A stretch of 64,000 bases of DNA from Myxococcota bacterium (GTDB lineage: Bacteria > Myxococcota_A > Polyangia > Nannocystales > Nannocystaceae): contig JBCCWC010000001.1 of NCBI GenBank assembly GCA_039194325.1, positions 192,001 through 256,000 on the forward strand, read 5' to 3'. A program made the translations under genes and the position numbers. Positions 39,227-48,856 of the stretch are shown here, one piece after another (position 1 is the stretch's first letter; each line of letters begins with the position of its first letter). Under the pieces are notes generated by a model. It had not been told where the DNA came from. It worked only from the letters and a program-made list of their open reading frames with translations, and searched no databases.

Positions 39227-39622
39227 CTACTGCACCGTCTTACCGTGGACCCGGATCTTGACCGGGATCACCTGCACGGTGACCTTCACGTCCTCATCGG
39301 CATAGACGACGACCCGCGAGCGAGGCCGGGCTTCCATGGCGCGGTCGACGACCTTGGAGCCGTGCAGCGCGTAGTGCACGCCAAGGTGGCTCCGGTCGGT
39401 GAGCGCCAGGTCGAGCTCGTGTCCCCCGAGATCGAACTGCGCCTGCTCCCCCCATGCAGTGGCCTTGGTCTCCCGAAAGACCTGGCCGTCGTCCTGCTGG
39501 ATCGTGACCCGAACCACGGCCATCTCCTGCTCGACTCCGCGCGGGGTGTTGGCGTGAACCTGCCGAGGTGCGGCAAGTCCGCAGATCAGCATGGCCATCA
39601 ACCCCAAGAGCACGCGTCGCAT
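39227..39622 (-). CDS. Small secreted hypothetical protein
   Basis: Signal peptide MRRVLLGLMAMLICGLAAP..VHA; beta-rich mature part. Confidence 0.65.
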   Translation of the reverse strand: MRRVLLGLMAMLICGLAAPRQVHANTPRGVEQEMAVVRVTIQQDDGQVFRETKATAWGEQAQFDLGGHELDLALTDRSHLGVHYALHGSKVVDRAMEARPRSRVVVYADEDVKVTVQVIPVKIRVHGKTVQ

Positions 39623-39897
39623 CGATTCCATCAGTCCGGGCCTTCGTCCTACAATGTACGACACCGCAGGGACTTTGGATTCCGGACCGTTGAACCTTTT
39701 TGGTTCGACGAGAGGACCCACGGTTGGCCTCCTTGCACCCCAGTTGGCCTCCAAAACGAATTCTGAGCTCTGCGGGCCAAGCAACACCCACCCGCGCGAT
39801 CCCGCCCGTTCGCGCAGACCACCCGGATGACCGGCGAGCGCTACGGTGCAGCCGGACACGACGCATGACGCATAGCGACGCCGCACCCGGCCCCAGC

Positions 39898-40641
39898 TCA
39901 CGGCATCTGCGAGCCCATCCAAGTGCCGATACAGCCGAAGTTCGGGCAATTCCACGTGCCGGTCACGTCGCCCATCATGTCGATCTGGCCGTCGAAAGTG
40001 CACGCCCCCCCGAGCATGGCCATGACGTTGGCGGCCACGACCCCCATGTCGTCGACCGTGCCGCTCATGGGGCCGTTGTCGAAGCCGGCGATCGTGCCGC
40101 TCAAGATCCCGTCCATCGCCACGTCGAACATGAAGGTGCCGTTGACCGCCCCGATCCCGGGGCACATGCCCTCCCAGATGCCGTCGTAGCTGCCTTCGTA
40201 GACATTGCCCGCCGGTCCGGTCGAGCTCGAGCCTCCGCTGCTGCTGCCGGTGTCGCTGCTGCCCGAGCTGCTGCCGGTGTCCGAGCTGCCCGAGTCCGTC
40301 CCCGTGCTGCCCGTGCTGCCCGTGCCCGTGCTGCCCGAGTCCGCCACCGGATCCGTGTCGCCCGAGTCCGTCCCCGTGCTCGACCCCGGCTCCGCGCCGC
40401 TCGAGCTGCCAAGGCCCGAAGCGGTCGACTCACCCGTATCGTCACCCGTCCCCTCCAGGTCACCCGAGCTGTCGGGCAAGGGAACCGTCCCCCCTCCCAT
40501 GGTCGACGGGTTGGCGGATGTCGCGACCCCCGACGACGAGCTCGACCCCGCGATCGGTGCCAGCCCATCGTCGCTACACCCCGTACCCACGAAGCACGCC
40601 GTCAAGAACGCTAAAGTCGAGAATCCAGTCCACGTGGTCAT
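39898..40641 (-). CDS. Lipoprotein with long Ser/Thr/Gly linker and small Cys-containing beta domain
   Basis: GTG-C lipobox; low-complexity linker; four Cys in the C-terminal domain. Confidence 0.75.
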   Translation of the reverse strand: MTTWTGFSTLAFLTACFVGTGCSDDGLAPIAGSSSSSGVATSANPSTMGGGTVPLPDSSGDLEGTGDDTGESTASGLGSSSGAEPGSSTGTDSGDTDPVADSGSTGTGSTGSTGTDSGSSDTGSSSGSSDTGSSSGGSSSTGPAGNVYEGSYDGIWEGMCPGIGAVNGTFMFDVAMDGILSGTIAGFDNGPMSGTVDDMGVVAANVMAMLGGACTFDGQIDMMGDVTGTWNCPNFGCIGTWMGSQMP

Positions 40642-40840
40642 ATCGATCAGACTACCAGCCCAAGCGGGCCAACACCCTACACCATGCCCATTGTGGGACG
40701 AGCCGCGTGCACGCGCTCGGATCGATACCCCACCCGAGACACGTCATCCGCCAACCGAGTTGGCCGCCGACACGACACACGCCGCCCCGCCGTCGTCGGT
40801 CGGTTTGGCTCTACGAGTGTTCAGAGGGTGGCAGAGGCTC

Positions 40841-42430
40841 TCACATACGCCGGCGACGTACGGCTCCGAGCACCATCAACACGGTCAGCCCGCCCCACCC
40901 ACCCGATGGTCCCTGCCCCGGAGCACGACAGCCGCACCCCCCGTCGCCATCACCATCACCGCCATCGGCCCCCGCCGAGCCCGCCGAGCCCGCCGAGCCC
41001 ATGGTCCCGCCACCTTCACCCGCCGAGCCCTCGCCCGCCGTGTCATCTTGCCCGCCTCCAGTGCCCTGGGTCTCACCGTCGCCCGAACCATCGCCAGAGT
41101 CCTCGCCCCCGGTAGCGCCCCCCCCATCGTCGGGAAAGTCCTTGAACTGCTCGGCGATGGTCCACCCGGGATTGCCCTCGGGATCGAACCGGTAGGCACC
41201 CACGTCGGCCTCCCCGTCGCGGGCGAGGGTGTTGAAGTCGTCGTCGACCACGTGGGCCGGGTCGCCGGCGCCGACCAGCGCGCCCCCCACGGCCGGAAAT
41301 ACGTCGATCGGAGGCGCCCCCCCGAAGTGACCGTCGACGAAGTCGGCCATCAGATCGCCGTCGACATAGCCGCCCCCTCCGCCGCCCGAGACACCCCCCT
41401 GGCCGACGTTCCCCGCCAAGGTCAGCATCGAGATATCTCCGCTGCCGATGAAGATCGCGCTGCCGCCCTGCGCATAGACGGCATTGTTGGCGATGGTCAC
41501 CGCGCCCACGGCGTTGCGCAGCGAGATCCCGTTGTTGGTGCTCTGCAAGATCGTGTTGTGCACCACCACGAGGTTCTGGGGGTTGCCTGACTGGTGCTGC
41601 TGCATGGCGATCCCATCCTGGCCCGCCGAGAGGATGATGTTGTTGCGGATCGTCGCGTCGGCCGCCGACTGGATCGCATGATCGCCACAGTTCCACATCA
41701 CGTTGCGCTCGATGATGTTGGCCGCCCCGTTATTCACCGCGCTGTAGGTGAGGATGCAGGGATAGTTGGTGTCGTGGATCACGTTGTCGCGGATGATGTT
41801 GCCGTAGCTGCCCTCCTTGAGCTCGATGCCGTCCCCCTGGTCCACCGAGGGCTGATTGGTGTGGTGAACATAGTTGCGCTCGATGATGCTGTTGGCGACC
41901 TGGCACTCGTTGTCGTTGCAGCCCAGGTACATCCCCTCCCCAGTGTCGTTGGTGTGGTGAATGTGATTGTTCACGATGTGCAACGACTCGTAGAGCACCC
42001 CGCCGTCGTTGGCCCGTAGGGCCACGTCGCCCGTGTCGTGGATCTCGCAATCGGCGATCGTCAGGTGGTCGGCCCGGCTTATCCGAACCCCGGCCGAGCC
42101 CCCGGAGAACTCGATCCCTCGGATCTCCACCCAGGCGGCGCCGTCGATGTCGATGATGTTCTGGTTGGCATTGGGCCGGTGCAGGTGTGGCTGAGCACCG
42201 TCGGCGGCGCGAATGATGATCGGCTGGGCCTCGGTGCCCGCAATATCGATCCCGAAGCGCTCCGTCAGCGTGTAGTCGCCGTCGAGCAGCACGATCTGGT
42301 CACCTGGCTGGGCGGCGTTGATCGCCGCTTCGACGTCCTGCCCCGGCCCGACCTCCACGGTCGCCGCGAAAGCCGGCATCGCCACGAGCCACGCCGATAG
42401 ACCCCATCCACTCCAACCCATGCTCTTCAT
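40841..42430 (-). CDS. Right-handed beta-helix surface protein with MYXO-CTERM sorting signal
   Basis: Asn-rich parallel beta-helix repeats; C-terminal GCGC..., hydrophobic helix, RRRR. Confidence 0.88.
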   Translation of the reverse strand: MKSMGWSGWGLSAWLVAMPAFAATVEVGPGQDVEAAINAAQPGDQIVLLDGDYTLTERFGIDIAGTEAQPIIIRAADGAQPHLHRPNANQNIIDIDGAAWVEIRGIEFSGGSAGVRISRADHLTIADCEIHDTGDVALRANDGGVLYESLHIVNNHIHHTNDTGEGMYLGCNDNECQVANSIIERNYVHHTNQPSVDQGDGIELKEGSYGNIIRDNVIHDTNYPCILTYSAVNNGAANIIERNVMWNCGDHAIQSAADATIRNNIILSAGQDGIAMQQHQSGNPQNLVVVHNTILQSTNNGISLRNAVGAVTIANNAVYAQGGSAIFIGSGDISMLTLAGNVGQGGVSGGGGGGYVDGDLMADFVDGHFGGAPPIDVFPAVGGALVGAGDPAHVVDDDFNTLARDGEADVGAYRFDPEGNPGWTIAEQFKDFPDDGGGATGGEDSGDGSGDGETQGTGGGQDDTAGEGSAGEGGGTMGSAGSAGSAGADGGDGDGDGGCGCRAPGQGPSGGWGGLTVLMVLGAVRRRRM

Positions 42431-42632
42431 GCCAACCAGGGTAGCCGGTCGCCCCCTGCCACGGCAGGGTCGGTGACCCCCACCGAAAAGCATGTCGCTT
42501 GCCTGACCAAACCGCCGCCGAGATCGCTCTGGACTCGAGCGCCGCACGACCCTCACACGACCCTCACACGACCACCACACGACCACCACACGACCACCAC
42601 ACGGTACAGGCAGAACCGCGCGCGGTATCGCG

Positions 42633-43355
42633 TCATCCCCCCGAGCCAAAGCGCAGCCAGTAGGCCGCCACCCCCAGGGTGACCGAGACATTGAGGGAGT
42701 CCTTGTGGCCGAGCATCGGCAAGTGCAGCACTCGCTCGCACTGATCGACGATCCGCGGGTCGACGCCGGAGACCTCGTGCCCGAGCACCAGCACCAGACC
42801 CTGCCCCTTTTCCCGCAGCTCGGTGCACGCGGTGGCTACCTGGGGATCGAACAGCGAGGTCGAGCGCGGCCCTCCTTCGAGCGCCCACAGCCGGCGACCT
42901 CGCGCCCGCAGATCGGCCGCCGCGGCGCAGGCGTCGGGCGCTCGCGACCAGGGCACGCTTCGCTCCGCGCCCAGCGAGGTCTTGGCCAGCTTGGGGTGCT
43001 CGGGCGTGGGTGTGATGCCGCCTAGGTGCAAGTGCGCGACTCCAGCCCCGTCGGCGGTGCGAAACATCGAGCCCACATTGCGCAAGCTTCGAACGTTGTC
43101 GAGGAGGACCTCGACCCGCAACCCACCGGGCGATCCCGAAACCGATCCACAGACCGATCCGACAGCGAGTCCAGGGGGATGGTCCGATACGGTCCGCACG
43201 CCATGGGTGAGATAGGGCTCGCCGGTCGCCTCGGTGGGTGCCCCGCATGCGGGACAGCGATCGCCCAGAGCGCTTCCCTCCGCGACCGGGAAGCACAGAC
43301 CACAGCGAGTCGAGGAGCATCGCAAAGAACGGTAGCGAGTGGTGGCAGACGGCAT
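42633..43355 (-). CDS. TrmH/SpoU family RNA methyltransferase with N-terminal Zn ribbon
   Basis: LDNVRSLRNVGSMFRTAD, VLGHEVSG, LPMLGHKDSLNVSV; N-terminal CxxxxC...CPAC. Confidence 0.9.
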   Translation of the reverse strand: MPSATTRYRSLRCSSTRCGLCFPVAEGSALGDRCPACGAPTEATGEPYLTHGVRTVSDHPPGLAVGSVCGSVSGSPGGLRVEVLLDNVRSLRNVGSMFRTADGAGVAHLHLGGITPTPEHPKLAKTSLGAERSVPWSRAPDACAAAADLRARGRRLWALEGGPRSTSLFDPQVATACTELREKGQGLVLVLGHEVSGVDPRIVDQCERVLHLPMLGHKDSLNVSVTLGVAAYWLRFGSGG

Positions 43356-43387
43356 CGCGAGGACGCGACGAATGCTACCCTGACCTC

Positions 43388-43825
43388 GTGGCCTACCGTG
43401 ATGACCGGCAAGCGCTGGAGCTCCAGCTCGCCGAGCTCGAGCGGGAGAACGAAGAGCTCCGCGACCAGCTCCAAGATGCACGCGCCAAAGCGATCGCCGC
43501 TCGGGCCGAAGATCGCGATCGACGCCACGAGTCGGCCATGCGCAAGTGTACGGTGTGCGGAGGCGCCCTACTGCCGGTGGCCGTGTTCGCGGGCCGTAAC
43601 GACCGGTCGCCGCTCCCTCTACGCATGAGCACGCTCCGCTTCGTCAACCCGACCGGTGGCTTCACCCACTCGGCGCCGATCCTCGCCAAGGCGTGCAGCA
43701 GCTGCGGGTTCATCCATCACTTCATCGACATGCGTGACCGCGAGGGCACCGACACCAAGGCCGCCTGGCCGCCCCCCGAGATGACCCCCACCAAGGACGA
43801 AGGCAATCCCTCCGACGAGCCGTGA
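43388..43825 (+). CDS. Coiled-coil + Zn-ribbon hypothetical protein
   Basis: Heptad N-terminus; CTVC and CSSC. Confidence 0.7.
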   Translation: MAYRDDRQALELQLAELERENEELRDQLQDARAKAIAARAEDRDRRHESAMRKCTVCGGALLPVAVFAGRNDRSPLPLRMSTLRFVNPTGGFTHSAPILAKACSSCGFIHHFIDMRDREGTDTKAAWPPPEMTPTKDEGNPSDEP

Positions 43826-43885
43826 CCGGCCATGGCGAGCCACGATGATGGGCAAGGGCGTAGCCGAAGAGCGCAGGTGCTCGAC

Positions 43886-46800
43886 TCATGATCGGGCGCT
43901 CGACGCCTCCCGGTCGCCCACGCCCGGCTCGTCGCCCCGATCGCGCTCCTGCCCCGGCTCCCCCCCCGACTTCAGCTCGCCGGGGGGCCCTTCGCTCAGC
44001 GCCCTGTCGCGACGCATCACCGGGCACATCTGCTGGATCGCCACCACGTCGGCCGCCTCTCCCACCATGCCCAAGCGCTCGGCGAGCTGCCGCGCGTGAT
44101 CGAGATGCCGAGCCGAGGCGGTGGTGTTGCCCCGAGAGTGCTCCCAGGCCGCGAGCCCGGCGAGATAGGAGGGCCGCGCGAAGAGCATGAGCGACGAGTA
44201 CCGACGCCCCGCGGTGATCGCCCGGCGGACATCCTTGCGCAACCCCCGGTCGAGCGGAGATCTGGCGTTGGCCATCGCCGCGGCCACGAGGAACGCACCA
44301 TGCAGCGTGACCGTGGGATTGCGCAGCTTCTTGTCGATGAGGGTGACAACCCCGGCCCGCCCCTGCTCGAGCGCCTCGTCCACGTGCCCCGCGAGGGCCA
44401 GCGCGAGCACCCAGCGACCCAAGGCGGCGCTTCCGTTGGCCAGATCACCGGTCTCGGCGTTCAGCTGGGCCCCGTCGCGTAGCTTGTCGAGCCCTCCGAC
44501 CCGATCGCCCTTGCGCCACCGAGCGTGCCCCTCGATGTACCGAGCCCAGCCCAGCGCCCGACGGTCGTCGAGCTCGAGGGCCAGGCGCTCCAGCCCACGG
44601 CTGGTGTTGAGCGTCTGATCGTAACGACCCAGACAATTGAGGGCCTCGCCGTGGATCGTCCAGGCCTGACGCACGCGCAGGGGCTCCGCCGAGCGCTGGA
44701 GCAGCGCCTCGGCTCGGCCAGTGTGGAGCACCGCGTTGCCGGGATCGCCCTGGCATTGATAGGCCATGGCCCGCATGATCGCTTCCCACGCGGCCTCTAC
44801 GGGGGTCGCGGCGGTTCGAGCCGCCTCCTCGGCGCGCTCGAGGTAGCGAAAGCCCCGCTTGTACTGGCCGAAGGTCGACACGATGAACCCCGCCTGAGCC
44901 CCACCAACGGCCAGCTCGGGGCTGGGGCCGACCTTCTCGGCCGTGTTGATCGATGACGCCTGGTAGTAGACGGCCCGGTTGAAATCGCTGAAGTAGTAGG
45001 CCTCGGTCAGGGAGGCGCAGGTGCTGGAGATCATGGCCAGCCTCCGCTTCTGCTCCTCGTCTTGCACCTGCTCAGGGGCGCGCAACCAGCTGAGCACCAA
45101 TGCGCTGCCCTGACGCGCGATCCCCAGGCCGACCGAAGACGCCGTCCGCGGCACGGAGAAGCCCAAGGAGATCAGCAGCTGCTCGAGTCGCTCGCGGGCC
45201 CGCACCATGTCGGGTCGACGAAACTCCACGTCGGCCGACTTGCGCAGCAGCTCGGCCCGCCGCACGGGGTCCTCGGTCTGCTCGATGCACTCAGAAAACG
45301 CGGCGTTGGCATCGTCGTAGCGGCCGGCCTGCAAGCAGGCGGTCCCAAAGCGCTCTCGCAAGCCGAGCGAGACATCGTGGCCCGACGCCTCGCGATAGCG
45401 CACCGCGTCCTGGTAAAGAGCGGCGGCGCGCGAGAACGCATAGCTGGCCATGGCATCGTGGGCGGCGATCCGGCCGTAGCGGAAGGCGTCCTCGAAGTTG
45501 CGCGCCTGGGCGCAGTGGTGGGCGATGGTGGAAGGGTCGTCCCCCCGACGGTTGACGATGAGGTGCTCGGCGGCCCGCGCGTGGAGGCTGCGCAGCACGT
45601 CGTCGGGGAGCTCGTCGAGGATCGCGTCGCGCAGCCGACTGTGCGAGAACATGTAGGCGCCCGGCGAGACCTCCTCGAGGAACTTGGCCCGGATCGCCTC
45701 GTCGACGCAATCGAGCAGCAGCGCCTCATCGACCCGCGTCACGTGGCGTAGCGACTCGAGGTCGCTGACCCGCCCGAGCACGGCCGCGGAGGCCAGCGCT
45801 CGCTTGGTGTCGGCCGAGAACCGTGCGGCCCGATCCCCGATCGCGCTCTGGACCCGCTTTTGTACGTCGGCATCTTCCAGGCTGACATCCGCCAGGGCCC
45901 AGTCGGATCCCCGGCGGACCAGCTTGCCGTGGGCCACCAGAGAGTAGAGCGCCTGGGTGACGTCGAGGGGCTTGGATCCCACGCAGTCGATCAACCGCTC
46001 GACAAAGTGCTCCAGCACGTCGTCCCGAGACCGCATGAGGACCGAGGCGACCAGCTCGGCGGTGGCGCTGCGCGCCAGCGGCTCGAGCTCGATCTTCTCG
46101 AAGCCCCCGAGCTCTTCGGCGACCTCGTGGAGCCACCCGAGCGCAGACGGAAAGGGCGAGGGCCGGTGGGTGACGATCACGGCCCAGCGCACGGGCTTGT
46201 CGCCGGTCGAGACGGCGTGCGCGGCACGGAGCAGGAACACCAGCAGCTCCAGCGGCGCCGCATCGGCCCAGTGCACGTCTTCGACGAGCACCACGCGAGG
46301 GGTGTCCTCGGCCAACGACCGCAGCCCCTCGGCAACCTCGCGCTGGAACTGCCACAGCTGGTTGACCTGGGCGTCGACGTCGAGGCGCGGCTCGAACTCA
46401 GAGGCAGAGCCGCTACGCATACGATCGGGGTTCTGACCGCTGGAGACCGCGGCCGTGCGGGCAGAAGTGGAGACGAACGCGGTGGTCGCCAGGGTGGCGG
46501 GGGCGTCCTTGACCACGTCGGACTCGGCCGTCGAGCGCGGCGGAGCATCGGTCTTGGAACGCTCCGCCTCGGCCGCCTCCTCCGAGCGCACCCGCCGGTC
46601 GACCGCACCCAAGAAGTAGCGCAGCGGATCGTAGGCGGCGCCCCCCTCGGCCCGGCAGGTACCCGCATAGAGCTCGCCCCCGAGTCCTCGCACCATGCCC
46701 GGCAGCTGGGCGGCGAGCTTGGACTTGCCCACCCCAGCCTCGCCACAGATCACGAACAAACCGCCCCCCGGGGACGAATCTCCCAGCTGCCGCTCGAGGA

Positions 46801-47779
46801 AGCGCTGCATCCGCTCGACCTCGTCATCACGACCCACCAGCCGAGGGACCGCGAGGTACGAGGCCCGCGCCAGAGGCGGCAGCTGGGGCATCGAGATCGC
46901 ACCGGCGGCCGACTCGACGGCCTCCTTGAGCGCCTCGTAGGCCGCCACGGCGGTCGACGGCCGCCGGGATGGATCGCGGTCGAGCATGCGATCGACGAGC
47001 GCGATTAGTTTGTCGGGCAGCTGCGGCGCGACCTCCCGCAGCGGGCGGGCGTCATCGGAGATCTTCAGACGACACCACTCGGTGATGCTGGGACGAAAGG
47101 CATCGGCCTGGCCGGCGGGGGTCAGCGGATGGACACCGGTCAGCGCCAGGTAGAGCACCACCCCCAGCGAGTAGAGATCGCTGCGGGGATCCACCTGAGA
47201 CTGTGCCGCCTGCTCGGGCGCCATGTAGGGCAGCGACCCCATAAAAGAGCCCACGGTGGGCTGCTCGTCCATGTCGGCGAGCTTGGAGATCCCGAAATCG
47301 GTGAGCTTGAGCAGCGGCGGCTCGCCCTCGCGATCGACGACCAGCATGTTGTGAGGCTTGATGTCACGATGGACGATCTGCTGGGCGTGGATGTGATCGA
47401 GCGCGGCGAGGGCCTGAAGCCCGAGGCTGGCCACGACCCGAAGATCGCGAGCTCGTCCTCCCCGAACGTCGAGCGCCCGCCCGGGGACATACTCCATGGT
47501 GAATAACCACCGATCCCCGTCTCGATCGAGGTCGTAGACCTGGACGCACGAAGGGTGGTGCAGGCGAGACGCGGAGCGAAACTCCCGCTTGAAGCGCACC
47601 ACGGCCGCGCCGTCGGTGACGGCGGCGGTCAATAGCTTGAGCGCGACCTCGTGGCCTTCGCGACGGTCGTGCGCGCGGTAGACCGACCCCATGCCCCCGC
47701 GACCGATGTGCTCGAGCACTTGGTAACGATCGCAGAGGATCTCACCCGGCTCGAGCTCCGCTGAGGTGTTACGGGGCAC
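43886..47779 (-). CDS. Ser/Thr kinase + AAA/STAND-type ATPase + TPR protein
   Basis: GRGGMGSV, HRDIKPHN, DFG, APE; Walker A GEAGVGKS; Walker B VLVEDVHWAD; helical repeats. Confidence 0.93.
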   Translation of the reverse strand: MPRNTSAELEPGEILCDRYQVLEHIGRGGMGSVYRAHDRREGHEVALKLLTAAVTDGAAVVRFKREFRSASRLHHPSCVQVYDLDRDGDRWLFTMEYVPGRALDVRGGRARDLRVVASLGLQALAALDHIHAQQIVHRDIKPHNMLVVDREGEPPLLKLTDFGISKLADMDEQPTVGSFMGSLPYMAPEQAAQSQVDPRSDLYSLGVVLYLALTGVHPLTPAGQADAFRPSITEWCRLKISDDARPLREVAPQLPDKLIALVDRMLDRDPSRRPSTAVAAYEALKEAVESAAGAISMPQLPPLARASYLAVPRLVGRDDEVERMQRFLERQLGDSSPGGGLFVICGEAGVGKSKLAAQLPGMVRGLGGELYAGTCRAEGGAAYDPLRYFLGAVDRRVRSEEAAEAERSKTDAPPRSTAESDVVKDAPATLATTAFVSTSARTAAVSSGQNPDRMRSGSASEFEPRLDVDAQVNQLWQFQREVAEGLRSLAEDTPRVVLVEDVHWADAAPLELLVFLLRAAHAVSTGDKPVRWAVIVTHRPSPFPSALGWLHEVAEELGGFEKIELEPLARSATAELVASVLMRSRDDVLEHFVERLIDCVGSKPLDVTQALYSLVAHGKLVRRGSDWALADVSLEDADVQKRVQSAIGDRAARFSADTKRALASAAVLGRVSDLESLRHVTRVDEALLLDCVDEAIRAKFLEEVSPGAYMFSHSRLRDAILDELPDDVLRSLHARAAEHLIVNRRGDDPSTIAHHCAQARNFEDAFRYGRIAAHDAMASYAFSRAAALYQDAVRYREASGHDVSLGLRERFGTACLQAGRYDDANAAFSECIEQTEDPVRRAELLRKSADVEFRRPDMVRARERLEQLLISLGFSVPRTASSVGLGIARQGSALVLSWLRAPEQVQDEEQKRRLAMISSTCASLTEAYYFSDFNRAVYYQASSINTAEKVGPSPELAVGGAQAGFIVSTFGQYKRGFRYLERAEEAARTAATPVEAAWEAIMRAMAYQCQGDPGNAVLHTGRAEALLQRSAEPLRVRQAWTIHGEALNCLGRYDQTLNTSRGLERLALELDDRRALGWARYIEGHARWRKGDRVGGLDKLRDGAQLNAETGDLANGSAALGRWVLALALAGHVDEALEQGRAGVVTLIDKKLRNPTVTLHGAFLVAAAMANARSPLDRGLRKDVRRAITAGRRYSSLMLFARPSYLAGLAAWEHSRGNTTASARHLDHARQLAERLGMVGEAADVVAIQQMCPVMRRDRALSEGPPGELKSGGEPGQERDRGDEPGVGDREASSARS

Positions 47780-48593
47780 CGGACGGCTCGCCGAGCTCTT
47801 CGTACGCGGTGGCGTGGGTGTGGGTCGCTCCGCGGATCTGATGGAGATATCGGCACCCAGTGTGATCGGTCTGGGTCGACAGGGTCGCGGTGTCGAAGAT
47901 GAACATCGGTCGCGTCAGCTCGGCGACGAACCGGCGCAGGGGAGTCCCCAGCGCGACCCGAGCCCTTGGATCGTCACCAGCCGTCAGCCCCCACGTCTCC
48001 CGCGCATCGGCGACGATGCGAGGGAGCTCGGCGAACAACCACTGATCGGCAGCCTCGCAGTGACCTCGGTGTACCCGCAGCGCCGACGAGGCCGCAGGCG
48101 ACCACGAAACATCCCGGATGTTGGAGCCAAGCACGCGTGGCACACTACCGTCGAAGCGCTCATCGGGATCAAAGCGGTCCAGGAGCGACCCTGGAAGCAC
48201 GCCAGGGCGAGCTGCGAGCGTCCCCCCCTCGGGGATGCGCACGATGCGACCCACCAGTCGCACGCACGCCACCGCCCTCCCGCGCGCGTCGACCTCGGCG
48301 CATAGTCGCAGCAGATCCCCCGCCTCGCGGACCCGAACCGTATATGCGACCTGGAGCGCGTCGGCGTCGAAGAAGGTGAGCGGCCCGAGATACTCGAGCT
48401 CGATGCCCACGATGACCACCCCGGTGCCGTGATCGCGGACCAGGGCGGGAAACGAGACCAAGTGCTCACGCAGCCAGTGGGCCCACCCTCGCATCCCGAA
48501 CCCGGCCAGCGTCCACGGATGGAGCTGCTGCGGCGAGAACATCGCGGTGTCGAGCGGAACGTCGAAGGTGGTCACCCGCACCACTGGCGTCAC
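47769..48593 (-). CDS. Divergent double hot-dog (thioesterase-like) protein
   Basis: VVIVGIELEYLGPLTF and FVAELTRPMFIFD hot-dog strands; LRVHRGHCEAADQWLFA resembles the 4HBT motif. Confidence 0.6.
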   Translation of the reverse strand: MTPVVRVTTFDVPLDTAMFSPQQLHPWTLAGFGMRGWAHWLREHLVSFPALVRDHGTGVVIVGIELEYLGPLTFFDADALQVAYTVRVREAGDLLRLCAEVDARGRAVACVRLVGRIVRIPEGGTLAARPGVLPGSLLDRFDPDERFDGSVPRVLGSNIRDVSWSPAASSALRVHRGHCEAADQWLFAELPRIVADARETWGLTAGDDPRARVALGTPLRRFVAELTRPMFIFDTATLSTQTDHTGCRYLHQIRGATHTHATAYEELGEPSGAP

Positions 48594-48856
48594 CCCCCCG
48601 CGATGGCAGTGAGCACCTCGAGCACGTCGGCGCGACCGACCGGGCGCTCGAGGCCGTTGCGACCGACCTGCTCCCCATTGACGAATAGCTGGTGCGTCGT
48701 TCGAACGGCACCGCTCCCATCACGCAGCACGTTGCGAAGCGCGTCGTGGCGCGCTTCGACCGCGTTGATGGCCTCACCCACGGTGCGAGCTTCTACCTCG
48801 ATCTCGCGCTCGTACCCCACGAAGCGCAACAGTGTTCCCGACAAGATGACCTTCAT
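48590..48856 (-). CDS. MoaD/ThiS ubiquitin-like sulfur-carrier family protein
   Basis: 88 aa, beta-grasp pattern, LFVNGE, ends AIAGG-stop. Confidence 0.92.
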   Translation of the reverse strand: MKVILSGTLLRFVGYEREIEVEARTVGEAINAVEARHDALRNVLRDGSGAVRTTHQLFVNGEQVGRNGLERPVGRADVLEVLTAIAGG

